Assembly (NCBI GenBank): GCA_018780035.1
Contig: JADMKE010000003.1
Span: 210,753 to 274,752 of the forward strand
Length of the DNA stretch: 64,000 nucleotides
From: Candidatus Sericytochromatia bacterium
GTDB lineage: Bacteria > Cyanobacteriota > Sericytochromatia > UBA7694
Reading direction: 5' to 3'
Part shown: piece after piece, positions 8,051 through 18,702 of the stretch
Layout: each line of letters starts with the position of its first letter
How positions within the stretch are numbered: the first letter of the stretch is position 1
Notes under the pieces: model-generated
Told to the model about the DNA's origin: nothing
The model's database searches: none
Seen by the model: only the letters and a program-made list of their open reading frames with translations
Position numbers and translations under genes: made by a program

Positions 8051-10480
8051 TCAGAACAAGGGGTAGAACTTCTTGCCAGTCTGCGCCATCTCTTTGAGCA
8101 GGGAGCAGGGGGCAAAACGTTCACCACGGGTTTCAGCGTAATATTCCAGCTGATTGACAATAAATTGAATACCCTGTTGATCAATCAGGCGCAAGGGACC
8201 ACCCCGGAAGGGGGGAAAGCCGGTGCCCATCAACATGGCCATGTCGATTTCTCCTGCCCGTGATACCAGACCTTCTTGCAAACAGAGCGCAGATTCATTC
8301 AGAATGCTGAGCACGAGACGGTCACGGATCTCTTCACCTGTCAATTGGCGGCGTTCGCTTTCGGGTTTGAGTTCGTTGACCAATTGCTGGATGTAGCGGT
8401 GGTCCGGCACGGCCTCTTTGCCTGAATGGATATAAAAGCCTTTGCCATTTTTCTGGCCCAGACGTTGATCGGTGTAGAGACGCTCCATGACTTTGCTCAT
8501 GGTAAAACCAGGGCGGGACTCAAACAGTGGGCGCACGCTCTGGGCGGTATGCCAAGCCACATCGACGCCTGCAAGATCAATCACTTCAAAAATGCCCATC
8601 GGCATACCGAAGTCGGTCATCAGGCGATCGATGGTGGTCATATCGCCTCCTTCTTCGAGCAAGAGACCGGCTTCGTTGCCGTAGATCGCCAAAATGCGGT
8701 TGACGACAAAACCCGGTGTGTCTTTGCGAATCACCACGGGGGTTTTGCCAATGCTGCGCACATATTGCAGAGCGGTGGCCAGGGTCTCGTCGCTGGTCTT
8801 TTCTCCCAAAATCACTTCAACCAGGGGCATCTTTTGCACAGGTCCAAAGAAATGCAGCCCAATAAAGCGGTCGGGACGGGCTGTGGCCGCCGCCATTTCG
8901 TTGATTGAAAGGGCTGAGGTATTGGTTGCCAAAATGGTGTTGGGGCCAATATGCTGTTCCAATTCACTAAAAACTGCTTTTTTGACCTCCATCTTTTCGA
9001 CCACAGCTTCGATGACCAGATCGGTGTGTTTAAAACCAGAATAGTCGATGGTGGGGGTTACCCGGCGCATTTTGTCAGCCACCTGTTTGGCGGTCAGACG
9101 GCGGCGTTTGAGCAGCGAACCATAGCCTTTTTGAATGGCTTTGATGCCAGCCAAGAGCGCGGGGTAATTCATGTCTTTGAGGCGGATATCGATGTCTTTG
9201 GCGTTGGAGACCTGGGCAATGCCCGCCCCCATATAACCGGCCCCCAAGACGCCCATCATTTTGACTTTGCGGGCTTTGATGTCTTTGCCTTCGAGTTCCG
9301 GCACTTTATTGAGGTCCTGATTAACGAAGAAGAGATTCATCAAATTGGCAGTTTCGCTGCGCTCAAGCAGGTATTTAAAGGCCTGGCCTTCCAGTTTAAA
9401 GGCTTCGTAAAGGGGCAGGTTGAGACTATTTTGCACCGTTTCAAGTATCTTGAGCGGTGAGGGATAAAAGCCTTTGCTTTTGTCGAGAACGCCTTTGCGG
9501 GCCTGTTTGAAGACCAAATTTTGTCCTACAGCCAAATTGCTCAGGGCCTTGTCAAGCAAACTGCTTTTGGGTTGTTTGGCGGTTAAATAGTCAATTTCTC
9601 CTGCCAGTACGTCTTTGGCCAATTTGCGGGCCGTCTGGTAGAGCACTTCTTGTGGGGGTGCCAGATGTACCAAGCCCAAGGAACGGGCTTTTTTGGCAGG
9701 CACCTGTTTGCCCGTCAACATCAAATCGAGGGCTGCTGGCAGGGGCAACATCCGCGGCAGGCGAGAAACACCGCCCCAGGCAGGCAAAATGCCGAGTTGC
9801 ACTTCGGGCAGACCCAATTTGGTTTTGGGGTGATTGGAGGCCAAGCGGTAATCGCAGGCCAGGGCCAATTCCAAACCACCACCTAGGCAAGAACCATGTA
9901 TGCAGGCAATGGTTGCCACTTCCAATTCTGCCAAGCGCTGAAAGACTTCGCGGCCGCGATTGCCAAAAGCCACTGCTTTGTCGAGGTCAAAATGGCCCGA
10001 AACCATGCTGGCCAAATCGGCACCCGCAATAAAATTATCCTCTTTACGGCTGGCAAAGATCACGGCTTTGATGGCAGGATTGGCTGAAATTTCATCCATC
10101 ACGGATTCAATGGCATCCAACATGGCCGGGGAGAGTAAATTCACTTTTTTGCCAGGGGTATCGAACCAGACCATGGCGACCCCGTCGCTCTCGAGTTCCA
10201 AGCTCAGGTATTGGCCTTCGGAGGTGCTGGCGGGTGCTTTTTCCTGAAGATCTGTGGTCATGGGCGGAACTTCCTTTGTCGGGGATGATGGGGGAGCTGA
10301 TGCTGATGACGACTCAGCACTAATTTCTGCGTCTTCAGCCACTTTTTTGGGACTTTTGCGCGGCGCAGCTTTGGGCTTTTTGGCAGGGGCTGCCGCCTCT
10401 TGGTCTGTCACGGTCTCTTCCTCAGCCTGTAAATCGACAGGATTTTCAGTCAACTCGGTGGGGGTGTTTTTTTCAGTCAT
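8051..10480 (-). CDS. fadJ: Fatty-acid oxidation complex alpha subunit (enoyl-CoA hydratase / 3-hydroxyacyl-CoA dehydrogenase) with Lys/Ala/Pro-rich N-terminal extension
   Basis: The crotonase fold (IAGADL..., GLPEVQLGILPAWGG) is followed by a 3-hydroxyacyl-CoA dehydrogenase NAD-binding region (GVLGAGYMGAGIA). An AGGAG RBS lies 7 nt upstream of the ATG at 10480. The N-terminal ~110 aa is an AKKPKAAPRKSPKK-type tail. Confidence 0.88.
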   Translation of the reverse strand: MTEKNTPTELTENPVDLQAEEETVTDQEAAAPAKKPKAAPRKSPKKVAEDAEISAESSSASAPPSSPTKEVPPMTTDLQEKAPASTSEGQYLSLELESDGVAMVWFDTPGKKVNLLSPAMLDAIESVMDEISANPAIKAVIFASRKEDNFIAGADLASMVSGHFDLDKAVAFGNRGREVFQRLAELEVATIACIHGSCLGGGLELALACDYRLASNHPKTKLGLPEVQLGILPAWGGVSRLPRMLPLPAALDLMLTGKQVPAKKARSLGLVHLAPPQEVLYQTARKLAKDVLAGEIDYLTAKQPKSSLLDKALSNLAVGQNLVFKQARKGVLDKSKGFYPSPLKILETVQNSLNLPLYEAFKLEGQAFKYLLERSETANLMNLFFVNQDLNKVPELEGKDIKARKVKMMGVLGAGYMGAGIAQVSNAKDIDIRLKDMNYPALLAGIKAIQKGYGSLLKRRRLTAKQVADKMRRVTPTIDYSGFKHTDLVIEAVVEKMEVKKAVFSELEQHIGPNTILATNTSALSINEMAAATARPDRFIGLHFFGPVQKMPLVEVILGEKTSDETLATALQYVRSIGKTPVVIRKDTPGFVVNRILAIYGNEAGLLLEEGGDMTTIDRLMTDFGMPMGIFEVIDLAGVDVAWHTAQSVRPLFESRPGFTMSKVMERLYTDQRLGQKNGKGFYIHSGKEAVPDHRYIQQLVNELKPESERRQLTGEEIRDRLVLSILNESALCLQEGLVSRAGEIDMAMLMGTGFPPFRGGPLRLIDQQGIQFIVNQLEYYAETRGERFAPCSLLKEMAQTGKKFYPLF

Positions 10481-10490
10481 GGGCTTGCTC

Positions 10491-11766
10491 CTATTTCCGC
10501 TCCAAAATAAAGGCTGCGCCTTGGCCGCCACCAATACAGAGCGACGCCAGGCCCATTGAAAGATCGCGCCGTCCCATTTCTTTGAGCAGGGTCAGCACCA
10601 ATCGAGCGCCAGAGGCCCCGAGGGGATGCCCCAGGGCAATGGCACCGCCATTGACATTCAAACGCTCGCGATCAATTTCACCGATTGGGGCTTTGAGCCC
10701 GAGCTTGCTTGCAAAGTCTTTTGAGGCGAAGGCCCGTTCGTTGGCGATTACTTGGGCGGCAAAAGCCTCGTTAAACTCATAGAGTTCGAGATCTGAGAAT
10801 TTTGCTTTGCCCAATTCCAAAGCCTTGGGTGTGGCATACGAAGGGCCCAGGCCCATGCGCTGGGCTTCGAGGCCGGCATAAGCAAAACTGCGGATATAAC
10901 CCAGCGGCTCCAGACCCATGGATTTGGCCAATTCAGCTTCCATCACCAGCACCACGGCAGCACCATCGGTGATCGGTGAGGCATTGCCTGCTGTGACCGA
11001 ACCAAACTCTTTGTCGAATGCCGGTTTGAGTTTGAGCAAACTTTCCAATTTGGCGTCTTCACGGGGGCCAATGTCTTCGGTCACGGCTGTGCCTTTGCCA
11101 TTGTCGGCGATCAAAATGGGCAGAATCTCTTCGGCCAATTTGGCTTTGGCTCCCACCGCGCGCAGGTGGCTGCGCAGGGCAAATTCGTCTTGTTCTTGAC
11201 GGGTGATGCCAAAGTCGCGCACCAGGATTTCAGCGGTTTGGCCCATGGTCATGTCAATCAAGGGATCGTTTTGGTTGATCACGTTGGGTTTGAGGAATTG
11301 GGGCCGCATTTGTGAGAGCAATTGCAGGCGTTGGGCCGGGGTTTTGGCTTTGGCGGCACCCACCAGGATATCTGTGAGTTCTGAGCTATAGCTGAAAACG
11401 GGAATGCTGCTCATGGACTCAGCGCCACCGGCCAGAATCACTTTGGCATGGCCATGGCGAATTTTGTCGAAAGCCTGGCTGATGGCCTCCATGCCAGAAG
11501 CGCAATTGCGGTTGACAGTATAAGCGGGCACGTGATTGGGCAGACCGCCCAAGATGGTCGAAATGCGCGCCATATTGGCGGTTTCTACGCCTTGGATGAC
11601 ATTGCCAATGATCACTTCTTCGATGGTATCAGTGGGAAAATCCAATCTGAGCATCATTTCGCGAATCAGCCGGGCGGTTAAATCATAGGCCGCCAAATCT
11701 TTAAATGCCCCACCTGCTTTGACAAAGGGAGTGCGCAGGCCGGCAACAATAACAACCTCTTTCATC
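10491..11766 (-). CDS. fadI: 3-ketoacyl-CoA thiolase / acetyl-CoA acetyltransferase
   Basis: Thiolase motifs are present, with the active-site Cys in NRNCASGMEAI and the C-terminal GGGQG. It lies immediately upstream of the fadJ-like gene, which is the fadIJ gene order. Confidence 0.9.
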
Positions 11767-11909
11767 TTTGAGCCTCTTTTAAAATCCATTTTCAGGTGAA
11801 TCATTCTACCATGAACCCCCTCGGGCAAGCAGAAATCAGACAAAGTAGCAAGCCATTAAAAATGGAAAAAAGCGTGTGAATAGATAGCTTCAGCCATTTA
11901 TGCAGTGCT

Positions 11910-12521
11910 TCAAAAACCTTGGCTGAATTCACGGGCAGCCAAGCGGTCTTTTAAGAGGGTTTCGAGTTTGACCCGCAGTGGACTGCCGACGGGCAGCAGA
12001 TCATCGTAATAGCCTGCTTGAAAATCTGTGAGCAAGAGATTGACATCCAATTTGGGGGTATTGCGAATCTGGATTTCAAAGGCCTGGGTCAAAGCGGGCT
12101 GTTGCTCTGGCGTTGCATAGGCCAAAGCAAAGAGCTCAAATACACGCGAGATCAGGTTTTCTCCCATGAGCCAATTGTAGCGCCAGGATGCCAATCGCAC
12201 CAATTTGGCGACGGGATGTTTGCGCGGATCGGGATCGGCAATTGGATGGTGAACCATGCTTTCTGCGGCTTGGGCCAAGATCTTTTTGAGGGATGGACGG
12301 GTTGAGCGGCTGATCTCAACTTGGAATGCCGCTTCGATCCGCGCATATTCTGGGGGCTGTGCATGAGCCATCTCTTCGATCAAAGCCAATGCGCCTGCGG
12401 TACTTTTCACAGAAACGGCAGATTGGGCCTGCAAACTTGACTGGGATGCGAGATTCAGCGGCAATTGGCTGGCACAGGCTGTCAGGAGCAGACATGAAAG
12501 GGGAGCAAGACGGCGAAGCAT
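11910..12521 (-). CDS. Hypothetical lipoprotein
   Basis: Signal peptide with lipobox (LLLTAC). There is no recognisable catalytic motif. It is co-directional with and upstream of fadI. Confidence 0.55.
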   Translation of the reverse strand: MLRRLAPLSCLLLTACASQLPLNLASQSSLQAQSAVSVKSTAGALALIEEMAHAQPPEYARIEAAFQVEISRSTRPSLKKILAQAAESMVHHPIADPDPRKHPVAKLVRLASWRYNWLMGENLISRVFELFALAYATPEQQPALTQAFEIQIRNTPKLDVNLLLTDFQAGYYDDLLPVGSPLRVKLETLLKDRLAAREFSQGF

Positions 12522-12696
12522 GGAACATGACCTCAGAAGATGATTTTAATATATCCTTAATCTTTGAAAGCTTGCCCTTTTCAGACTATTTTTTTAAGCC
12601 CCCACATCAGCTCTTTTTATCTGGCAGGCAAAAATGTATACTGGCGTATTGATTGGCAATCTGATTCAGAGAAGATTCACTTAAGGAGTTACAGCC

Positions 12697-13119
12697 ATGG
12701 CAGAACTCAAAACCCAAGCCACACAAAACTCAGTTGACGATTTTTTGGCTGCATTGCCAGATCCACAACAGCATGCAGACACATTGCAGCTCAAGCAAAT
12801 CATGTCCGAATTGTCGGGGCAGCCTGCCGTACTCTGGGGAAAAATGGTCGGATTTGGCGTGTATCATTACCGCTATGCAAGTGGTCACTCAGGCAATGCC
12901 TTTCGGGTGGGCTTTGCCCCCCAAAAGCAAAAATTGACCCTGTACATCATGCCCGGTTTTGAGCGCTTTGAACCCCTGATGCAAAAATTGGGCAAATACA
13001 AAACGGGCAAGTCTTGCCTCTATTTGCGCCGCCTTGCAGATGTCGATCTGGATGTTTTAACTGAGCTGATCCGGGAATCCTTGGCCTATATGGCCCAACA
13101 TTATCCAGAACAAGGGTAA
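12697..13119 (+). CDS. DUF1801/YdhG-like small protein
   Basis: 140-aa ORF with an AAGGAG RBS 8 nt upstream. The pattern resembles the DUF1801 family, on weak recognition. Confidence 0.5.
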   Translation: MAELKTQATQNSVDDFLAALPDPQQHADTLQLKQIMSELSGQPAVLWGKMVGFGVYHYRYASGHSGNAFRVGFAPQKQKLTLYIMPGFERFEPLMQKLGKYKTGKSCLYLRRLADVDLDVLTELIRESLAYMAQHYPEQG

Positions 13120-13124
13120 AGCAA

Positions 13125-14138
13125 ATGCAAAAAAAAGTCTTAATTTTAGGTGGCACCCAATTTGTCGGACGGCATCTCTGTGAACAGTTGGAACACCGCG
13201 AAGATCTCAATGTGACTCTCTTTCACAGGGGCAAAACCAACCCTGGCCTCTTTCCTGGATTTCGGCATGTGCATGGGGACCGCGAAGCGGAGGGGCTCTT
13301 GCCACTGGCCCAAGAAAATTGGGATGCCATTGTCGATTTTTCGGGCTATTATCCCCGTTCGCTGCGGGCTTTTTTAAATGCGCTGCGGGAAAATCACAAA
13401 CTCAATCAGGGAGAACTGAAATACCTCTTCGTCTCAACGATCTCTGTCTATGACTTGGACAACTTTGGCGCAAACGAAACAATCACGTCCCAAAGCCCGA
13501 TTTTGAGCTGGACCGAAGCGGATGAGACGGACACAAGTATGCTGACTTATGGCCAACGCAAAGCTGCCTGTGAAGCTGCAGTTCAGGCCTTTCCTGAATT
13601 TAACCCCGTGATCTTTCGTCCCGGCCTGATCTATGGCCCTTATGACCCCACTGATCGTGCCTATTATTGGCTGTGGCGCCAGAATCAGCGTAAGAAACTG
13701 CTTGTTCCCGAGACTCTCGACCTGCGTTCACAAATGACCTTTGCCTTGGACTTTGCCCGTATTCTCGAACACGCCCTCTTTCAGCCCAATTTGTCTGACG
13801 CGGTCTATTTGGCGCTGACCCATCCTGCTTTGAGCTTGGCTGAGATCTTTGAAGCCATGCGCGCCTCGGATGTTCCTGCTCCGCAGCTCTGCCCCGTTAG
13901 CGGCGACTGGCTGGAAAAGCAGGATATCCACTATTGGATGGATTTGCCCCTGACACTTCCTTTTGAGCGCCTGTTTGAAAGCACGCCATTAGAGCGGGAT
14001 TTTGCAGGCCTTTTTACCCCCTTTGCTGAGAGCATGTCCCTTTGCCGCGACTATTATGCGGCACTGGGGTGGCCGATTCCACAAACCGGCCTCTCTCCCG
14101 AGCGAGAAGATGCGTTTTTGGCAGCGTTAATGTCCTAA
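13125..14138 (+). CDS. NAD-dependent epimerase/dehydratase family protein
   Basis: N-terminal Rossmann motif VLILGGTQFVGRHL. Length is 337 aa. Confidence 0.75.
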   Translation: MQKKVLILGGTQFVGRHLCEQLEHREDLNVTLFHRGKTNPGLFPGFRHVHGDREAEGLLPLAQENWDAIVDFSGYYPRSLRAFLNALRENHKLNQGELKYLFVSTISVYDLDNFGANETITSQSPILSWTEADETDTSMLTYGQRKAACEAAVQAFPEFNPVIFRPGLIYGPYDPTDRAYYWLWRQNQRKKLLVPETLDLRSQMTFALDFARILEHALFQPNLSDAVYLALTHPALSLAEIFEAMRASDVPAPQLCPVSGDWLEKQDIHYWMDLPLTLPFERLFESTPLERDFAGLFTPFAESMSLCRDYYAALGWPIPQTGLSPEREDAFLAALMS

Positions 14139-14255
14139 ATGCTGCTTCAATGCGGCTGATTCTGCTTAAATAATCTATTTTTGCGCATATGGACAAGCCC
14201 CCTGCCCCCCGGTAAGATGAATAGGTGTAAATACATTAAAACGAGGGATTTCGAG

Positions 14256-15749
14256 ATGAATACCGAGCTAAAAAATGATCTGAAAACTGTACCGATGTAT
14301 ATTGGCGGCGAATTTACCACAGGCGCGGGCTCTGTGTTGATGGATATTATCAACCCCGCCAATGGAGAGGTGCTGGCCCAGGTTCCCCAAGCGACCCGCC
14401 AAGACATGCAATCTGCCATCAGGGCCGCCCGCACAGCGTTTGACTCAGGTGAGTGGCGGCAGGCCACAGGGATTCAACGTGCAACAGTGCTGTTTAAAAT
14501 CGCCGCCGCCCTGCGCGCAAAAGCTTCAGAACTGGCCGAACTCGAAACCCTGAATATGGGCAAACCCCTGTTTGAATCTGAATACGATCTCGGAGATGCA
14601 GCCACCTGTTTTGAGTATTTTGGCGGTTGGGCCACCAAAATCTACGGCGAAGTCAATCCGGTACCCGACAATGCTGTGAGCATGTCAATGAAAGAGCCCG
14701 TGGGTGTCTGCGGCTTGATTGTGCCCTGGAATTATCCGCTTTTGATGGCTGCCTGGAAATTGGCCCCGGCCCTGGCAGCGGGTTGTACCATGGTGCTTAA
14801 ACCCGCTGAAACCACCCCCTTGAGTGTGCTTGAACTGGCCAAAATCCTCGATGGCATTGAAGAATTGCCCAAAGGGGTGGTCAATATTGTCACAGGCCTC
14901 GGCGAAGAAGTCGGTGCAGAATTGGCTGAAAATCATCAGGTCGACAAAGTGGCGTTTACAGGCTCAACCGAGGTGGGCCGCTTGATCATGAAAGCGGCCG
15001 CAGACAGCAATTTAAAAAAGGTCAGCCTTGAACTTGGGGGCAAATCGCCCAATATCTTCTTTGAAGATTGTGACTTCGAAGCCGGTGTCGAAAACGCCCT
15101 CTTTGCCTGTTTTGTCAATCAGGGAGAGGTCTGTTCGGCGGGCTCACGGATTTTGGTGCAAAAATCCATTTACGAAAAATTTGTCACTGCCATGGTCGAA
15201 AAATGCAAGACCATCCAGGTTGGGCCAGGCATGAACCCCGAAAACAAACTCGGCGCACTGGTCAGCGAAGAACACCTCAACCGGGTCATGGAATATATCG
15301 CCAAAGGCAAAGCCGAAGGCGCTCAACTGGTCTTTGGCGGCGAACGCCTCGGTGGCGATTTGGCCAAGGGCTTTTTTGTCAGCCCCGCCATTTTTGCCCA
15401 GGTTAACAACCAGATGACCATTGCCCGTGAAGAGATCTTTGGGCCTGTGGCTGCCGTGATCCCCTTTGAAGACGAAGCAGAGGCCATTGCGATTGCCAAT
15501 GACACCCCTTATGGCTTGGCGGGGGCTGTCTGGACCCGCGATATCTTCAAAGCGATGCGTGTCTCCAAAGCCGTACGGGCTGGGATTTTCTGGGTCAACC
15601 ACATGCAGCCCACCTATTGCGAAGCACCTTGGGGCGGTTATAAACAGAGTGGCACGGGCCGTGAATTGGGCAAATATGGCGTCGAGAATTTTCTCGAAAC
15701 CAAACAGCTGCATATTAACCTGAACGAAGGGCCCATGGGCTGGTATTAG
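14256..15749 (+). CDS. NAD(P)+-dependent aldehyde dehydrogenase
   Basis: ALDH motifs are present: FTGSTEVG, ELGGKSP, and the catalytic Cys in NQGEVCSAGSR. I prefer the start at the internal ATG (MNTELKN) preceded by AGGGA. Confidence 0.88.
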   Translation: MNTELKNDLKTVPMYIGGEFTTGAGSVLMDIINPANGEVLAQVPQATRQDMQSAIRAARTAFDSGEWRQATGIQRATVLFKIAAALRAKASELAELETLNMGKPLFESEYDLGDAATCFEYFGGWATKIYGEVNPVPDNAVSMSMKEPVGVCGLIVPWNYPLLMAAWKLAPALAAGCTMVLKPAETTPLSVLELAKILDGIEELPKGVVNIVTGLGEEVGAELAENHQVDKVAFTGSTEVGRLIMKAAADSNLKKVSLELGGKSPNIFFEDCDFEAGVENALFACFVNQGEVCSAGSRILVQKSIYEKFVTAMVEKCKTIQVGPGMNPENKLGALVSEEHLNRVMEYIAKGKAEGAQLVFGGERLGGDLAKGFFVSPAIFAQVNNQMTIAREEIFGPVAAVIPFEDEAEAIAIANDTPYGLAGAVWTRDIFKAMRVSKAVRAGIFWVNHMQPTYCEAPWGGYKQSGTGRELGKYGVENFLETKQLHINLNEGPMGWY

Positions 15750-15756
15750 ACCCGCT

Positions 15757-16761
15757 ATGACAAATTCAATCTGGATGATCCCGGCGTTTATTACGCTCTT
15801 TCTCTATGGCTTTGGCCAGGGTTTGGTCAAAAAATGGAGCGAAGACGTTCCCCCTGCCAAATTCTGCCTCTTTCTCATTTTGGCCCGCACCGTGGTCAAT
15901 CTGGGCTATTTTATCTTCATGCCCCACCCACCATTGTTTACCGCAGAAGGCATGAGCTTTATGCTGGTGGGCATCTTGGCATATATTCTCGACGGGTTGG
16001 GCTGGATCCTCTATTTTGAGTCGATTGTACTTGGGCCGATCACGATTGTGGGCACACTCTCAGCGGCTTACCCGGCGTTGACACTGCTCTTTGCTCAGAT
16101 CTTTCTCAAAGAATCCTTGATTGGGCAGCAGTATATGGGGGTCGCGATGGTGATCTTTGGCTGTCTGGGCCTGTCTTATTCACCTCCCGATCCCGATGGC
16201 AAAGTCACCAATCGGCGCTGGATTCCGCTGGCTTTAACGGCTTTAACTTGTTGGGGCGCAGCTCAGACCCTGTTGCGCTATTCTTACTCCTTGCCCGGCG
16301 CAAGTGAGTCGAATATGGCCATATACGCCACCATGGGCGGTCTGATGACCCTGGGTCTGTATGGCATGCTCAAAGGTCACAGCAAAAAGTCAGCTGATGG
16401 CCAGGTGCAATTGGTGGCCAAGACGCCTTTTTTGCATTCGTTTTTGCCAATGGCCATGATGGCCGGGGGAGATTTGGGCGTGATTATTGCCTCCAGCACG
16501 GGTCCAGCCTCGCTTGTGGCTCCGATTACCGGCGCTTACCCGTTGGTGACTTTGGGCTTTGCTGCCATGATCTTAAAAGAGCATATCTCCAAATTACAGT
16601 GGACCTGTCTGGTGATTCTGCTGGTGGGAATCGGCTTTAGCACGATTATACCCGAGACTGCCAAAGAGGCCCCGGCTGCCCCGAATGCGAGCACGAGTAC
16701 CAGCTCTTCGGCCAAACCCACTGTCAAGCCGGATATGATTCCCCAACCCAGTCCCAGCTAA
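15757..16761 (+). CDS. Polytopic membrane protein (possible DMT/EamA-like transporter) with Ser/Thr/Pro-rich C-terminal tail
   Basis: About 10 hydrophobic segments. It starts 8 nt after the ALDH stop. The family assignment is tentative. Confidence 0.55.
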   Translation: MTNSIWMIPAFITLFLYGFGQGLVKKWSEDVPPAKFCLFLILARTVVNLGYFIFMPHPPLFTAEGMSFMLVGILAYILDGLGWILYFESIVLGPITIVGTLSAAYPALTLLFAQIFLKESLIGQQYMGVAMVIFGCLGLSYSPPDPDGKVTNRRWIPLALTALTCWGAAQTLLRYSYSLPGASESNMAIYATMGGLMTLGLYGMLKGHSKKSADGQVQLVAKTPFLHSFLPMAMMAGGDLGVIIASSTGPASLVAPITGAYPLVTLGFAAMILKEHISKLQWTCLVILLVGIGFSTIIPETAKEAPAAPNASTSTSSSAKPTVKPDMIPQPSPS

Positions 16762-16782
16762 ACAGGGATTAAATTGTCTTCG

Positions 16783-16815
16783 AGGCCCGTGAATTATTTC
16801 ACGGGCCTTGTCTTT
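16783..16815 (+). terminator. Rho-independent terminator
   Basis: The hairpin AGGCCCGTGAA-TTA-TTCACGGGCCT is followed by TGTCTTTT. Confidence 0.65.
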
Positions 16816-16892
16816 TAAACATAGATTTTGCCCTGGCAAAGTGCTAATATAATTATCAGTTGAATTAAATACAAAAAAGGGCACATACACAG

Positions 16893-17921
16893 ATGAGTCT
16901 CGTTTCTGGTACCCCCACTCCAGTTCCCCAGGCCCTCAACGTTTCAGCACCCCCTGCAATCAAACCGCCTTCTGGACCAGAAAAAACCGCTGCCCCTCTG
17001 GCCAATGCCAGCGAGCCCCCAGTGGCAAAAGCGAATCCCAAGGCCTTTTCAACGCCTGCTGTGGACCAGGACTCAGTGCCTGCAAACGCAGAAATTCACC
17101 ACAAAATCGAAAAAGCCTCTCCCAATAAAATACTTGAAAATGCCTCAACAATTCCCATTCCCAAAGGTTTGGCCCAAGTCATGGCAATCATCAGTGGGCG
17201 AGGCCCAACAGGGGGAGTGGCCCTCTCCAGTTTGAGTGACAAAGACCTGGTACATTCCCTGATGCGCAGTGAAGATGTACACGGCAACCGTTTTATAAAG
17301 ATCAACAGAAACGCGGCAGAAATTGAAAGAAGTGGTATTCTCTCGGATTTTAAGGCCCTGGCCGCACGCAATATTGCCGTTCCAGAATCGGAATTTGACC
17401 GCAGCCTGGCAGATGACGCCGTGTTGGTTATGACGGATTTTGCCAAAATGACGCCCCAAGAAATCCACACCTTAAAAGAAAACGCGTATAAACATCCAGA
17501 GGCTGTGCGCGATCTGCCCTTGGCCATCGAAAGGGGCTATTATGGCTGTAACCAGCACAAACAATATGGGGCGATTGTCGAAGCGCTGACGGGTGGCGTG
17601 ATTTCGGCCGAAGAGGCCATGGCCATGAATCCCACCGGGGGTATTCCCGGTCCCGGCGCAGACGAAGTGCCGCTCGTGGCCCGTTTTGATTCGGGGCTGC
17701 GCCATGCCATGCGCCATGATGCCACTGGGTTTTTGATCACCCGCTTTAATGTCGGACCGGGCTATGGCAGTGAAGAAGGGCTGGTTTCGCTGGGCAAACA
17801 CAACCCCCTTTCTGGCCAGGTCTTCGGGCTCTTGCGTGAAGCGATTGGGGAACCGAGTACCCTGCCCAATTTTGATTATGTGGCCCAATCTGGCAGATAC
17901 CAGCAAAGCGGTTTGGCCTAG
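16893..17921 (+). CDS. Hypothetical protein with Pro/Ala-rich disordered N-terminus and ~230-aa globular C-terminal domain
   Basis: 342-aa ORF with no signal peptide and no recognised motifs. Confidence 0.5.
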   Translation: MSLVSGTPTPVPQALNVSAPPAIKPPSGPEKTAAPLANASEPPVAKANPKAFSTPAVDQDSVPANAEIHHKIEKASPNKILENASTIPIPKGLAQVMAIISGRGPTGGVALSSLSDKDLVHSLMRSEDVHGNRFIKINRNAAEIERSGILSDFKALAARNIAVPESEFDRSLADDAVLVMTDFAKMTPQEIHTLKENAYKHPEAVRDLPLAIERGYYGCNQHKQYGAIVEALTGGVISAEEAMAMNPTGGIPGPGADEVPLVARFDSGLRHAMRHDATGFLITRFNVGPGYGSEEGLVSLGKHNPLSGQVFGLLREAIGEPSTLPNFDYVAQSGRYQQSGLA

Positions 17922-18024
17922 CAAAGATGGCATGTCGTTGGCAATTGGCTTCCCTTTTAGCTGAAGCAAGTGTTAGAACTCAAGCAGAGACCCAGATGCT
18001 CTAATACTGACCGAGGTCCCAATC

Positions 18025-18582
18025 ATGAAAAGAACCTTACAGACATTTGCCTGCCTATGCCTGACGCTTGGCTTACACTTTGGGCAGGCCGCCTCACCTG
18101 CGTTTGCCCAAAGTGTAGAATTGCAAACCGTTGAAAACGTAGATCTCTCCCTCTACCTCGGCCTCTGGTTCGAAATTGCCAGTATCTCTGCTCCTTTTCA
18201 GAGCCCCGATTGTGTGGGCACTACCGCCACCTACACCCTGAACACCGACCATTCGGTCAAGGTTTGGAACCAATGTTTTTTGCCAAAAGAAAATCGCCTC
18301 GACCGGATTGAAGGCCGGGCCACCGTTGTCGAGGCATCGAACCAAGCCAAACTCAAGGTTTCTTTCTTTGGGCCTTTTGCTGGGGATTATTGGGTGATCG
18401 ATCTCGACAGCAATTATAGCTATGCCGTGGTGGGGCACCCCAGCCGCAATTATCTCTGGATTCTCAGCCGCACGCCAGAGATGGACCCCGAGCAGTATTC
18501 AGCCATTCTCAGCCGAATTCAGGCCAAAGGGTATGATTTAACGCGAATAAAACGCACCGCCCAATGGTCTCAAAGCCTGTAA
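18025..18582 (+). CDS. blc: Bacterial lipocalin (Blc-like), secreted
   Basis: A signal peptide is followed by the lipocalin signature around LYLGLWFEIASI....F. Confidence 0.78.
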   Translation: MKRTLQTFACLCLTLGLHFGQAASPAFAQSVELQTVENVDLSLYLGLWFEIASISAPFQSPDCVGTTATYTLNTDHSVKVWNQCFLPKENRLDRIEGRATVVEASNQAKLKVSFFGPFAGDYWVIDLDSNYSYAVVGHPSRNYLWILSRTPEMDPEQYSAILSRIQAKGYDLTRIKRTAQWSQSL

Positions 18583-18702
18583 CCAAACTAAATTTTGACA
18601 AAAAATAATCCATTCTTAATGTCTTCTTAAGTCAGCTTTGGGCACCCAGGCCGTATATCTATACTAAGACTGCAACCAATATTTGACCAAAACACAGAGA
18701 CC

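Noticed and set aside
6034-8184. 716-aa version of the RNase R/II ORF starting at 8184
   Set aside because: It would overlap the fadJ-like gene's 3' end by 134 nt. The N-terminal 60 residues have no RNase R-like pattern, so the internal Met is the more plausible start.
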